Virus record (IMG/VR): IMGVR_UViG_3300028048_003124
DNA length: 64,000 nucleotides
Direction: 5' to 3' (one strand)
Source of the DNA: a virus
Taxonomy: Duplodnaviria > Caudoviricetes
Below the pieces are notes generated by a model, which saw only the letters and a program-made list of their open reading frames with translations, was not told the DNA's origin and searched no databases. Both the position numbers and the translations under genes were made by a program. Of the stretch, positions 1 through 10,318 are shown piece by piece. How positions within the stretch are numbered: the stretch's first letter is position 1; every line of letters begins with the position of its first letter.

Positions 1-204
1 ATGAATAGATCGTTGATAAATCGAACAGCATCTCAAATATCGGAGAAAGCCAAAAGCCTTCAAATATTTACTTATGATACTTTGTGCAAAGAATTGAGTA
101 CTATACCAGAAAGTAAGATAAAAGCATTATGTATCGACTGGCTCTTGAACAATCCCGATATTGAAGTATATCACGATATCTACTGGTTTAAAAATCAGGA
201 GTGA
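1..204 (+). CDS. Hypothetical protein, possibly the 3' part of a gene truncated by the window edge
   Basis: Open frame from base 1 to TGA at 202-204; no upstream context and no recognisable motif. Confidence 0.4.
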   Translation: MNRSLINRTASQISEKAKSLQIFTYDTLCKELSTIPESKIKALCIDWLLNNPDIEVYHDIYWFKNQE

Positions 205-501
205 GCGGTATAAGCCCAACAATCGTCTTGGATTTCTGAATAGCTGACTAAACCCGCATCGCATAAGTCATCTAATACCTCAAGAATCAAATCTACATCA
301 TTGATCTGGTTTTGCCTACATACAAATAATAATCCTGAGATACTGAAGGGCTTTTCAATGTAAAAAACAGCGACCTTGAGGCTAAGAGTTACTTGTTAAA
401 TGTTGAGTTCTATATCTTTTTTCAAGAGGTAGTTGTTCTCTTGGTTTACATCGAGATATCAGTAAGGGTACTTAATTTTATTTAATAAAGGAGAATATAA
501 A

Positions 502-1569
502 ATGGCAGAAGGTAAACGAACTGTAGCGGATATTATAATAGACAGGTTTCTTAAGGATGTAGATGAAAAGGAGTCTATGCCGTGGCAGAGACCTTACGAA
601 AGGTATAATGCTTTCAATTACTTTACAAAAATACCATATAGGGGTATCAACAGGTTAATTCTTCCTTTTGGAGAGTATATTACAAAAAACCAAATCCAAC
701 AGTATAACAAGGAGAAAGGTTATCTAATTTATGAGAATGGTAAGTTTGTTGGTACGAAACCTGAAGCGTACCGTTTTGTAAAAGGTATTCAGTGGATACC
801 AGTAGTATTCTTTAAAAGAGAGGTCAAGGATGCTTCTATAGAGGAGTTTGCGGAAGAATATCCAGACAGAGTTGTTGACTTGTCGGATGACGGAAGATTT
901 GTTGGTCGAATTGGTGCGTGGTCGTACAGGGTACATAAAGGCGGTTTGGTAAAAGAAAGAAAAATTCTTAGATACTACGAAGTTGCAGATAGAAAATTCT
1001 TTCAAAATGCAGCAGGTGAGTGCTTACCTAGTAGGATTGAAACAGGTGAGGTTAAAATCACCAAATCTCGCCCAAAAGACGTACTCGAGAGCTATATAGA
1101 AAGAGAAGGTATTTCTGTAGATTATAAATACGCAGGTACTCCAAGTTATGTTCCTGATCTTGACCTAATTCGTCTCAATCCTTATATGAGAGATGGCGAC
1201 AATGCCGAGGATAAGTGGTTCTCAGTTGCTTTTCATGAAGCAGGTCATAGTACTGGTGCAAAAGGTAGGTTAAATAGGGAAGGCGTAGTACATGTCAATA
1301 AGGAAGATGAGGATAAGTACGCTCAAGAAGAGGTAATTGCAGAAATCTGTTGTTGTTTGTGTTGTGCAGAAACAGGGGTTTATACTTTTAACTCTTCAGG
1401 AATGTCAGATTATGATAATAATATAGCTTATGTACAATCGTGGAAGAAGCGTGTAAAGGACTGGGGTAGTAAGTTCATATATCTTGTATCTCAGGCTGAT
1501 AAGGCTTTTAACTTTATATGCCAAGACCCTGATAATGAGATACCAGATACTAATGAAGAGGGGGCATAA
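502..1569 (+). CDS. ardC: ArdC-like antirestriction protein (ssDNA-binding N-domain plus zincin metallopeptidase domain)
   Basis: N-terminal PWQRP...N..T..PYRGIN..L motif; C-terminal HEAGHSTG..RLNR...YAQEEVIAE...YVQSW; SD AAGGAG upstream. Confidence 0.85.
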   Translation: MAEGKRTVADIIIDRFLKDVDEKESMPWQRPYERYNAFNYFTKIPYRGINRLILPFGEYITKNQIQQYNKEKGYLIYENGKFVGTKPEAYRFVKGIQWIPVVFFKREVKDASIEEFAEEYPDRVVDLSDDGRFVGRIGAWSYRVHKGGLVKERKILRYYEVADRKFFQNAAGECLPSRIETGEVKITKSRPKDVLESYIEREGISVDYKYAGTPSYVPDLDLIRLNPYMRDGDNAEDKWFSVAFHEAGHSTGAKGRLNREGVVHVNKEDEDKYAQEEVIAEICCCLCCAETGVYTFNSSGMSDYDNNIAYVQSWKKRVKDWGSKFIYLVSQADKAFNFICQDPDNEIPDTNEEGA

Positions 1570-1571
1570 TT

Positions 1572-1817
1572 ATGGCGGAAAGGTTAAAAAGGCAAACTGT
1601 TCAAATGACAGTAGATAATATAAATGAAGAGTTGAGAGGTTTAGGAAAGTCTTGTTCTGTATCTATTAGTAAGACTTATGAGTATTTTACTGTTAGTTTA
1701 AATGTTGGAGGGTTGTCTACAGCATCTAGTTTTCTATACAGTGGTACTTTAAGAGAGTGTTTTACTTATTTACAAGGTATGATACAGTCTATAAACATTA
1801 TTTTGTATAAGAGATAG
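1572..1817 (+). CDS. Hypothetical protein
   Basis: 81-aa ORF 2 nt after ardC, with GAGG upstream. Confidence 0.7.
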   Translation: MAERLKRQTVQMTVDNINEELRGLGKSCSVSISKTYEYFTVSLNVGGLSTASSFLYSGTLRECFTYLQGMIQSINIILYKR

Positions 1818-1898
1818 TGTGTTATTTTACACGGAGGTATAGAGGGGATTTATTGCGGTTAGTATGATCGCTTAAGAATAAATAATCTTGGTGATATT

Positions 1899-3056
1899 AT
1901 GAAGTATAAAGATTTCTTTACATATATGGCTAGAATTGAAACATTTGCTAGGCGTAAAGCATTAGAGGAGAATGGCTACAAGAATGGGTATGATAAAGCA
2001 TCTTGGAATTTTTCCTACAGAGATGATATGTTAAATGTAGGTAATAAGCTAGCTTTTATCTCAGACATAATTGGGGTAGATGGTGTTTCTGCAAAAGATT
2101 TAAAAGCCAAGTTAAAAGAGATTTGTGATCAATTACTCCCATGGATGGGCATACCAGAGAGAAATGTATCAGAGATAGAATTCTCTGGTGCTTTTGTATC
2201 AATAACAGCTGATGGTAATACTTATACTAGAAGTTTATATGAGCTGTTAAAAGTATTACCTGATTTTAAAGCAGAGGTAGACGAGGGTAATATTTTTCCA
2301 ACGAGTTTCGGAGAATTAGACAGGTATCTAAGTCAATTTTTTGGAGTAAATGCATTTGATACAAGAGCTTTAAAAATAGAGCTAAGAGACTCAGGCTTTG
2401 TATGTATTTACTCTAAAAGATTAGCTTTGAGTAGTGTCGCATCCTCTGCTGTTGTAAAAGGCGAGACGGTTTATATATACAAGCATAAGACGTTTGGTAT
2501 TGTAGTTACTTTTTCTATATTAGAGGCGGCAGATAATAGGAGTTTTATCAACAATCCAACAATTTTAATTCCCATTAAAGGCAAATCTCTATTATTAGAC
2601 GGCGTATTAAATGGTTGGAAGAGTGCTGACTATTATTACTATAAGAAGTTACAACACGGGTTTTCCAGAGATTTACATAATGTATATGGTGTTTCTGAGT
2701 ATCCAATAGCTGATAGTTTGGTAGGAAAGTTCTCTATAGCAGGTTATGCATTAATATCTCAATCTGATGCTTTATCTCATCTTGGAGTTAAGATAAGAGA
2801 TGGTTTAAGTGATAAAGACATTTTAACAATTCCTAAAGAGGTATACAGTTCAAGGGATTTGATTGTCATGGTGTCAGTCATGGAGCTAAGGGCTAGAACG
2901 GCAGATGGTTTATCTCTTTTATACCCGAGAGATGCTATGCTGTCTGTATATGATATGTGTCAAACGGCTTTTCTTTCTAATTACAGTCAATGTAAGTGTT
3001 TATTAAACAGGTGTGAGTTTATTATCAAAAAAGAGTATGGTTTAAATACTTGGTAA
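1899..3056 (+). CDS. Hypothetical protein
   Basis: 385-aa ORF, GGTG SD, no recognisable motif. Confidence 0.8.
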   Translation: MKYKDFFTYMARIETFARRKALEENGYKNGYDKASWNFSYRDDMLNVGNKLAFISDIIGVDGVSAKDLKAKLKEICDQLLPWMGIPERNVSEIEFSGAFVSITADGNTYTRSLYELLKVLPDFKAEVDEGNIFPTSFGELDRYLSQFFGVNAFDTRALKIELRDSGFVCIYSKRLALSSVASSAVVKGETVYIYKHKTFGIVVTFSILEAADNRSFINNPTILIPIKGKSLLLDGVLNGWKSADYYYYKKLQHGFSRDLHNVYGVSEYPIADSLVGKFSIAGYALISQSDALSHLGVKIRDGLSDKDILTIPKEVYSSRDLIVMVSVMELRARTADGLSLLYPRDAMLSVYDMCQTAFLSNYSQCKCLLNRCEFIIKKEYGLNTW

Positions 3057-3068
3057 GTGGTGTAAAAG

Positions 3069-3446
3069 ATGTCAGTATCTAGTAATTACATTGTAAATCA
3101 TTTAGAAGAAAAGTTATGGACTTTTATAAAGAGAAACAGGGTATTAGGTGAGAATGTAATAATTTTAGTCAGTAAGAGTTGCAATCAGAAATATTATGAA
3201 GAAGCATTATATCTTATGTGCAGGGCTGGCTTTAATGTGATGACTGTATTCTTTGAAGACATAATAAAGGTAGGTTACAACGGTAGTTTAAGAGGAGCTT
3301 GTTTATTTTTAAGTACCAGATATTCTGGAAAGGTTTTGGCAATGCGGGGAAAAGAAGGAAGATGGAATTTTCTTAGTATTGAAAACGGTGTTGTCAAAAA
3401 ATATGATTATAATACTAATAATTACAAGAGTTGGTGTTCTTTATGA
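3069..3446 (+). CDS. Hypothetical protein, paralog of the next gene
   Basis: Shares G(F/Y)NV.(T)VFF(Y)E, RGK.G and KYD(Y/F).TN motifs with 3443-3799. Confidence 0.75.
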   Translation: MSVSSNYIVNHLEEKLWTFIKRNRVLGENVIILVSKSCNQKYYEEALYLMCRAGFNVMTVFFEDIIKVGYNGSLRGACLFLSTRYSGKVLAMRGKEGRWNFLSIENGVVKKYDYNTNNYKSWCSL

Positions 3447-3799
3447 TCAATAAGTATCAAAGTGTTTTTGATTTAATGTTATCTGAGGGTTTTATTGGTG
3501 ATAGGCTTGTTTTATTTGTATCAATTGGTGCTGATAAGCTTCATATTGAAAATATCGTTAAAAGGGCAAAATCTATAGGATACAATGTAGAGGTGTTCTT
3601 TTATGAAAACTTTACAAACGCCAAGGGTATTAATTGTATAAAGGAAGCTATCCTAAGTTATACAAACCATGCTTCTTTTTGTATGCCAAGACTATTTTTA
3701 GGAGCTAGGGGCAAGAAGGGTGAAATACAGGCTTTTTCTGTTAGAGATAACTGCTTAATGAAGTATGACTTTAGTACAAATAGGTGGAAACACTGTTAA
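3443..3799 (+). CDS. Hypothetical protein, paralog of the previous gene
   Basis: ATGA start/stop overlap at 3443-3446; similar to the upstream ORF along its length. Confidence 0.75.
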   Translation: MINKYQSVFDLMLSEGFIGDRLVLFVSIGADKLHIENIVKRAKSIGYNVEVFFYENFTNAKGINCIKEAILSYTNHASFCMPRLFLGARGKKGEIQAFSVRDNCLMKYDFSTNRWKHC

Positions 3800-3823
3800 T
3801 TAGGGAGTAAGGAGTTTTTGTTC

Positions 3824-4528
3824 ATGGTTACGATGACAATGGGTTTGCGGGAGTTTAATCAGTATAAAGAGGGTTGTGCATTTTACTGCAAGGATGGTAG
3901 AATGCTGTTATACTTAGGAAGAAGTATTGATGGCAAAAGACTCTTTGCATGGGTTGATTGTATAATGGCAATTGATAAAATGAATAGAGACCCAGAATAT
4001 CTAAACTTAGAGCTTGTAAAAAGCAGATTAGAGGTTAGTATAAACTCATTAATAAAATCTGACAATCTACTGATAGGTGCATATAAAACTCTGCCTAATT
4101 TAGTAGATTGTGTCGGAGATTTTTCCAGTATGCCTATTGTGCAGGCTTTAATAAAGAAGTATTCCGTATCTGTAAAAGCCGTTAAAGAAAATAGGGAAAA
4201 GAGAAACTCTCTCCAATTAAAGAAGGGTTATATTTATAAAAAGGTAAATGTTTCTTTTACAGAGGAGTACCTATACCTAGGGTATCAGACTGTACAGATT
4301 GAGAGCATTTATAACGTAAACAGTTACGTTAGAAAAGTACATTTATTTATGTATGTAACAGAAGAGGATAAAAGAGACTTACAAGAATCTTTTAAGTATC
4401 GTGTCAGGTTTGGATATGATGGTAACTTTTCAATAAACTTTAAAAAAGCTGACTTAAAGGAAGTGGGTTTTGGTATGGAAGTTAACTTAGATCCAAACCA
4501 GATACTATTTTTGGGCAGAGGAAGATAA
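3824..4528 (+). CDS. Hypothetical protein
   Basis: SD AAGGAG at 3809-3814 favours ATG 3824; two LYLG-containing beta-rich segments. Confidence 0.75.
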   Translation: MVTMTMGLREFNQYKEGCAFYCKDGRMLLYLGRSIDGKRLFAWVDCIMAIDKMNRDPEYLNLELVKSRLEVSINSLIKSDNLLIGAYKTLPNLVDCVGDFSSMPIVQALIKKYSVSVKAVKENREKRNSLQLKKGYIYKKVNVSFTEEYLYLGYQTVQIESIYNVNSYVRKVHLFMYVTEEDKRDLQESFKYRVRFGYDGNFSINFKKADLKEVGFGMEVNLDPNQILFLGRGR

Positions 4529-4565
4529 TATAGGTCTAAATATAAATTATCATGGAGGTTGTAAT

Positions 4566-5714
4566 ATGCAGAAACGTGTATTGATTGTAGACTTCAACCA
4601 TCAAGTGCATACATATTACCATTCAAACCATAGACTATCGACAAGAGTTGTGGTGGATGGTCATGTGGTGGAGAAAGATACTACAATTCAAAATGGTTGT
4701 ATTAAGAATATTCATAGATGGTCTCAGGGTGGGGTATATCCCACTGCAGTATGCTTTGATAGACCTGTTCCAGCTAGAAAGGCTTTTTGGCAGAAGGCTT
4801 TTGCAGATATGAAGATTGGTAGCGGAAATGAATATAAGGGCAATAGAAAACCTATGTCAGACGCTATGATGGAGGGTATCACTGATTGCGAGGCTTTGTT
4901 AAGGCTTGGTGGAGTTTCTTGCTTCTCAAGAAGAAATTATGAGGCTGATGATCTAATTTATGCTTGTGTACAGAGGGCAAAAGAGAAGTACCCAGACTAT
5001 AAGATAGATGTGGTAACTAATGATGCAGACTTATTGTCTTTAGTTGATGATACTGTAAGTGTATTCCTCAGAAGTAAGAAAATTACATGGGCTGAGAATA
5101 ATGAGATAAAAAAGCTACATTATGTACAGGTAACTCCTGAAAACTATCAGAGTATTGTAGAAGATTTATCTGCATACAAAGGTTTTCTAATTCCGTATAA
5201 TACGATCTTACTACATAAGTTGCTGAGGGGTGATTCTTCGGATCATTTTGGTCGAAAAGAGATAAGCAGAATGTTTCCGAAATCTAAGTACAATGTTATG
5301 ATTGAGGAAATGATGGCTGATAACATAAACTTTGAAGAGATATTCAGGTATAGCAAACCAAGGTATGAGATTTATAACTCTCAAACAATGGAAATCTTTG
5401 AGGGTACTATGGAAGAGGCAAAAAGGTCGCCCATAAGAAATGTTTTAAAACTTCGTATGTTAGACTCAGAGGAGTTAGAGATGATACTTGAGCTGTTGGG
5501 AGAATATACTAAATTATCTGAACAGCAGTTAAAGATTATCAGGTGCGTATATCTGGGTATGAATCTAAATCAGCCATACGCAAACCCTGATAAGCTACTT
5601 TCTCGTCATGAGTATGTGGTTGGCAAAACAGAGAAAACTGATATTGAAAAGTTTGACGAGATTAAGTTAAACAATGCTGTATCTACACTAAAAATACGAT
5701 TAAACATTAAATAA
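4566..5714 (+). CDS. 5'-3' exonuclease / flap endonuclease (stand-alone PolA N-domain or T4 RNase H-like)
   Basis: LIVD, CFD, YKGNR, EADD, NDADL and GDSSD catalytic motifs in the expected order. Confidence 0.88.
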   Translation: MQKRVLIVDFNHQVHTYYHSNHRLSTRVVVDGHVVEKDTTIQNGCIKNIHRWSQGGVYPTAVCFDRPVPARKAFWQKAFADMKIGSGNEYKGNRKPMSDAMMEGITDCEALLRLGGVSCFSRRNYEADDLIYACVQRAKEKYPDYKIDVVTNDADLLSLVDDTVSVFLRSKKITWAENNEIKKLHYVQVTPENYQSIVEDLSAYKGFLIPYNTILLHKLLRGDSSDHFGRKEISRMFPKSKYNVMIEEMMADNINFEEIFRYSKPRYEIYNSQTMEIFEGTMEEAKRSPIRNVLKLRMLDSEELEMILELLGEYTKLSEQQLKIIRCVYLGMNLNQPYANPDKLLSRHEYVVGKTEKTDIEKFDEIKLNNAVSTLKIRLNIK

Positions 5715-5718
5715 TACA

Positions 5719-5751
5719 GACCCCAGTTTAGTACAAACTGGGGTTTTATTT
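5719..5751 (+). terminator. Intrinsic terminator
   Basis: ACCCCAGTTT-agtac-AAACTGGGGT stem-loop followed by TTTATTT. Confidence 0.85.
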
Positions 5752-5842
5752 GTAAGGAATACATCCCACTAAAGAAAGCGGGTATTTAGATCCAAGAACT
5801 TTTTAAGTATTTTAGTTTATTTTGCAAGGAGGTATGCCTTTT

Positions 5843-7087
5843 ATGCGTACATCGTATAATGGAAGAAATGGTAGGGATGGTTACAAAGAACCTAGGGTGG
5901 ATAAAGTAGATACTGGTGATGTATATACTTTTGATAATAATGAAAGTAATTCATTGGATGATAGTAATGTGGAGAGTATTCCTGCTACTGATAATTTTGT
6001 TGACGAGTTTATACAGAAGTCAGAGGTGCCTGATAATTTTGCGGATTCTGGTGAAAAAGAGGATGAAGAGTTTCCTGCTTTAGAAGAGAATCCTTTAAAT
6101 GAAATGGCTAAGCAGGCTTTTATAGATTTAGCAAATGAAGCTTACAATAGGTATCATGCTGTTGAAGATCAGGGTGATAACTATGATAATTATGATGAGA
6201 ACTATGACGAAGTACCTGAAAAGAAGAAAATGTCAACATGGGCTAAGGTTGCCATTATTCTTGGGAGTATCCTTTTAGCTACAGCTTTAGTCGTAGGCAC
6301 ATTGTTTTTGACTGGTAAAATAGGAAAGAAGAATGAAACTCCTAAGGTAGATGTTGTATCTTCTGATAGCATAAAGAGTGATATACAGTCTCAGATAGAT
6401 AAGCTGTATGTTGATAATCTAAAATCAGATATAAAAGATGGGTACACCGTCAGTGATTTAGATTCTATAAAAGACTTAGTGTCTAAATTAGATGAAAAAG
6501 ATTCTAAAGATTTCCTTGACGAGTTATCTACCATAGAGTTATATTTAACTGATATTAAGAAGGTCAATACTTATGCTGATCTTAGTTATAACATAGAGCC
6601 TGATTATGTTGGAGAAGATTTAAGGCAAGCTCAAAGAAATACAGAGAGTTATACAGTTGCTGGTCTAAAAGCTACAATGACTTCTAAGATAAAAGACATA
6701 ACAGATGATAGAGATGCTTATCTTGGATTAAAAGGCGAGTTGAAGCTTATAAAGGATCCTATAAACTATGACGAAACCTTATACAAAGGTAAGATAAGTG
6801 ATATAAAACACACTGTAAACAAGGAAGATTTACAATCTATGAGTGACAGTTTAGTAGCTGAGAAGGAATTGGCAAAAGCTGAGAAGGCTTTAAAGGAAGC
6901 CGAAGATCAGAAAGCCAAAGAGGAGGCTCAGTCTGCCTTAGAAGCTGCTCAGAAGAAACAAAAAGAGATGGAGTCGCAGTTAGAGGCTGCTCAAAAGGCT
7001 TTAAGTGAGGCTCAGAGTGCTACTCAACCTAATGAAGATAATAAGGGTTCTGAGAAGCCAACAGAGGTAAGCAGTGCTTCTGAATAA
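5843..7087 (+). CDS. Bitopic membrane protein: acidic N-region, one TM, helical outer domain weakly MapZ-like, C-terminal coiled coil
   Basis: SD AAGGAGG at 5826-5832; KKK followed by hydrophobic VAIILGSILLATALVVGTLFL; AEK/EAAQKK heptads near the C-terminus. Confidence 0.75.
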   Translation: MRTSYNGRNGRDGYKEPRVDKVDTGDVYTFDNNESNSLDDSNVESIPATDNFVDEFIQKSEVPDNFADSGEKEDEEFPALEENPLNEMAKQAFIDLANEAYNRYHAVEDQGDNYDNYDENYDEVPEKKKMSTWAKVAIILGSILLATALVVGTLFLTGKIGKKNETPKVDVVSSDSIKSDIQSQIDKLYVDNLKSDIKDGYTVSDLDSIKDLVSKLDEKDSKDFLDELSTIELYLTDIKKVNTYADLSYNIEPDYVGEDLRQAQRNTESYTVAGLKATMTSKIKDITDDRDAYLGLKGELKLIKDPINYDETLYKGKISDIKHTVNKEDLQSMSDSLVAEKELAKAEKALKEAEDQKAKEEAQSALEAAQKKQKEMESQLEAAQKALSEAQSATQPNEDNKGSEKPTEVSSASE

Positions 7088-7102
7088 TAAGAGAGGTAAT
7101 AT

Positions 7103-7918
7103 ATGGGAAAGACGTTAGAGGATTTATTTATAAGGGAGTTTAGGTCTGCTGTATCAAATGTAGGATATAAGGATATATACAAAGTGCCTATACCGCAGAT
7201 TTGTGATAGTTGGAGTGTAAGCGGAACAGAACTTTATGCAGTAAAGGGTATTCAGGGTTCAAACTATGCATTTCTAAATAAAACTATTGTAAAGAGATTA
7301 CCTAGAGACGCAGTCGCTAAGCGCAGGGTAATTGATAAGGCAACTCGTTCTTATGCTATTGAGGACGGAAAGTTTAAGTATGAAGATTATCAAGTGCCTA
7401 CTGGAAGTATAGTAGTGTTGTCGACTGTAAATATAGGTCTATCCTATAAAGAATATAGAAGACCTACAAAAGACGGGTATGGCTACATAGACTTCGTTCA
7501 AAGAGGAAATGTCGTAGAGTATATGTATGTTTTACCTAAAAAGGTATTATACAAGGTTAATCAGACGGCATTAGCTTTGTCGGTAAAAAACATGAAGAAT
7601 TACTCAGGTTCTGGGTACATGACATGGGACATGGGTATGATTTTTCTTCATGTAATACCATATAAGCCAAACTCGAAGTACGAGGGAACTAGAATACTAA
7701 AAACAGGGTACTGGACAGATTATTCCTCTGATATAAAAAGTATTACAGCCTATTGGCAGCAGATAGGAGTTATTCCTAATATTGCTCTTTGCAGTATAAG
7801 TGATGGTACAAACTTGGCTGTAAAAGGGACAGTAGTCGGCTATGATAGTTATGTTCCTGTTGAAAGTTTGGCTTTAAGTGATAAAGAGGTTTATGGCTCA
7901 AATAGTGAAGAAACGTAA
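7103..7918 (+). CDS. Hypothetical protein
   Basis: 271-aa ORF with GAGGT SD. Confidence 0.8.
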   Translation: MGKTLEDLFIREFRSAVSNVGYKDIYKVPIPQICDSWSVSGTELYAVKGIQGSNYAFLNKTIVKRLPRDAVAKRRVIDKATRSYAIEDGKFKYEDYQVPTGSIVVLSTVNIGLSYKEYRRPTKDGYGYIDFVQRGNVVEYMYVLPKKVLYKVNQTALALSVKNMKNYSGSGYMTWDMGMIFLHVIPYKPNSKYEGTRILKTGYWTDYSSDIKSITAYWQQIGVIPNIALCSISDGTNLAVKGTVVGYDSYVPVESLALSDKEVYGSNSEET

Positions 7919-7935
7919 TTAAGGAGTGGGTTGTA

Positions 7936-8349
7936 GTGGCTAACGGTGAGTATTTAGCAACGATTGGTAACAGGGTTTATGTTTTTAACATAATTACAGA
8001 TGAGGGTTTTGCTTTTTCAAGTCTTGGTAGGTCTATAGAAAAAGTACTTGGTAAGTATATACTTACTCAGGCAACCTCAGCAATAGAAACAGATGTACTG
8101 AGTATACTAGGAGACGTTAACAAAAATGAATGCGAGTTATATTACATGGGTAAGAGAGCCCTTGTTAATAAAACTGCTGTTTCTGTTTACTCCATTCTAC
8201 GAAAAAGCTATCCAAAGGTATGCAAAATACCTTTGAGGGTGGTAAGAGATGAAGCTTCTGGTGTAATGCAGTTGTTAATACCGTATTCTAAGGGTATTGT
8301 GTCTATCCAAGATATAAATAAAATCCTAGGAGATTTGGTCTGGAATTAA
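7936..8349 (+). CDS. Hypothetical protein
   Basis: GTG start, AAGGAG SD at 7921. Confidence 0.75.
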   Translation: MANGEYLATIGNRVYVFNIITDEGFAFSSLGRSIEKVLGKYILTQATSAIETDVLSILGDVNKNECELYYMGKRALVNKTAVSVYSILRKSYPKVCKIPLRVVRDEASGVMQLLIPYSKGIVSIQDINKILGDLVWN

Positions 8350-8419
8350 CTTTTAGAACCTAGAAATTTGATTAGAAACAAGAAATTCTATGAAAGATTG
8401 AAGAATATTAGGGATAGGG

Positions 8420-8448
8420 TTGCTTTTTTTCCTTTTTTATGGTAAAAT
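8420..8448 (+). promoter_or_regulatory. Sigma-A-like promoter with extended -10
   Basis: TTGCTT-17 nt-TAAAAT with TG at the extended -10 position; heads the 8480-15816 gene run. Confidence 0.65.
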
Positions 8449-8479
8449 ATAAAAAACTATAAATGGGAGAAAAACTACT

Positions 8480-9796
8480 ATGCTTAGTATTAGAGACGTA
8501 ATAAACTCACCGAGAAGGAATAAGGTAAAGGTAAAAAGGTTGATGGATGTAAAAAGATATTATTTATCAATGTATAGATGCTATATGTTGATGTTGTATG
8601 ATATGAACTACATTTCTGATCCGACAAGGTACAGCGAGAAGCAGATAATCAAAAACTGCTTAGAGTTGGGTATTGATGATATATTTACATATTCTGGCAA
8701 GGTAGATATTACGTCTAGTCATATTAAGTTTGCGATGTATAAAAATAAGGAAGATACTGAAAGGTATAATTTCCTTAGTAAGTTATATAACGCTTTACGG
8801 TATAAAGAGTTGGCTCATACTGTGGATAAGTTATATGAAGAGTTTAATTATGCTGAGAAAGAAAGCAATGTAATAAAGATAACCGCTTTACCAAAAGCGG
8901 CAATGTATGTACAGAAATCTGGAATACCCTTTGATGAGGCAACAGCTCAATGTATTTCTACGTTTGCTGAGGAAACCAAAGACGATAATATCAGGGAGGG
9001 TATCTGGGAGCTAAGCCTTAAGTTGTTAGATATACCTGTCAAACATTATGAAAATGGTGTATTCGATAATAAGTTAACTCATGAAGAAGAAGTTGATTGC
9101 ATAGAGGGTATCCTAAACGGGATATTTAAGATTAATGGTGGTGAATACTCCAATAAGATACAGGATTGGTTAAAATACCATAGATGGAATTCAGAGTCAA
9201 AGTGGAAATCGGAGACTCTTGGACTTTATGATTACATATTTAGTTCTTGCGTACCTGAAATAGAGGGGTTACTTACAGAGAAGATTAATTCTATTAATGG
9301 CAACATATTAACTATATATAAAGATACTTTATATTACAATATTGAAAGAGAGTTTTACAAGATGCCTTATGGGGTATTTTCCTTAGTATGTGAGTCTGAT
9401 GGTAGTGAGACATTTCTCCCAGAGGGGGACAACGTACACGGTTTTACTGGTGAGCTATATACAGAGAAGAGGTTGCTCGATGATGGTATAACTTATGTGG
9501 GTTGTCCTATAATGATGAATAGAAGTCTTTCTAAAGTAGAGAGATTTTATGATTTAGAGCAGACAGATATTCCAACTGACAGTTGGTTTGAAGATAATAA
9601 AGACATGTCTATACAGTTTGAGGAAGTAACTGGTAACAAAATTCCTTTTAAAGAAGGAACTTTACAATATGAAATTTACACAGGTTATCTTGCTTCTCAA
9701 GAGAGTTCAGATAATCTTATAAAGACTATACATGTTTCTGATCAAGATGTATTTGAGAAAGCAAAGAAAGATGTATATAAATATATTGAGGGATGA
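8480..9796 (+). CDS. Hypothetical protein
   Basis: 438-aa ORF, GGGAG SD; ATGA overlap with the next gene. Confidence 0.8.
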   Translation: MLSIRDVINSPRRNKVKVKRLMDVKRYYLSMYRCYMLMLYDMNYISDPTRYSEKQIIKNCLELGIDDIFTYSGKVDITSSHIKFAMYKNKEDTERYNFLSKLYNALRYKELAHTVDKLYEEFNYAEKESNVIKITALPKAAMYVQKSGIPFDEATAQCISTFAEETKDDNIREGIWELSLKLLDIPVKHYENGVFDNKLTHEEEVDCIEGILNGIFKINGGEYSNKIQDWLKYHRWNSESKWKSETLGLYDYIFSSCVPEIEGLLTEKINSINGNILTIYKDTLYYNIEREFYKMPYGVFSLVCESDGSETFLPEGDNVHGFTGELYTEKRLLDDGITYVGCPIMMNRSLSKVERFYDLEQTDIPTDSWFEDNKDMSIQFEEVTGNKIPFKEGTLQYEIYTGYLASQESSDNLIKTIHVSDQDVFEKAKKDVYKYIEG

Positions 9797-10299
9797 GTTA
9801 TATGAGATTAAAGTTAAGATGTTCTGATGATGGTAAGTTTGGTTTTGTTGAGACCTTTTTACCTTATAATTATATATTAGGCGCGGTGAGAGTTGTAGCT
9901 TTGGTTAAGGTAGGTCAGGGTTTGGCAGAGCCGTACATATATAGAAAAGGTGTATTTGAGCCAGCATCCGTAATAGACGAAGAGATGGGTATTGAGAAGT
10001 ACATAAAAGCTAAGAAGCCTTTTTACTCGGTATTAGGGACTGGTAATGCTATAATCGAAGCAAGAGTAGCTTATGAGAGAGAAGGTGGTACTCTTGTTGA
10101 AAAGAGTTCCCATTATAGCTTATACATTCCAGTAAAAGGTTCTATGGAGATTATGGGAAATAACGCATACTCTGTAGTTGCAAACAGGCTATCAAACATA
10201 ACTCCAGAGATTGATAGTTGGGCATTAAATCTTATGAAAGATATTGCAAAAACCCAGCAAAATAGAGCGGAGTTTTTAAAAGCAAGATTTAATCAATAA
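9793..10299 (+). CDS. Hypothetical protein
   Basis: 168-aa ORF translationally coupled to the upstream gene. Confidence 0.78.
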   Translation: MSYMRLKLRCSDDGKFGFVETFLPYNYILGAVRVVALVKVGQGLAEPYIYRKGVFEPASVIDEEMGIEKYIKAKKPFYSVLGTGNAIIEARVAYEREGGTLVEKSSHYSLYIPVKGSMEIMGNNAYSVVANRLSNITPEIDSWALNLMKDIAKTQQNRAEFLKARFNQ

Positions 10300-10318
10300 T
10301 TAAAAGGCAGAGGGTTGT

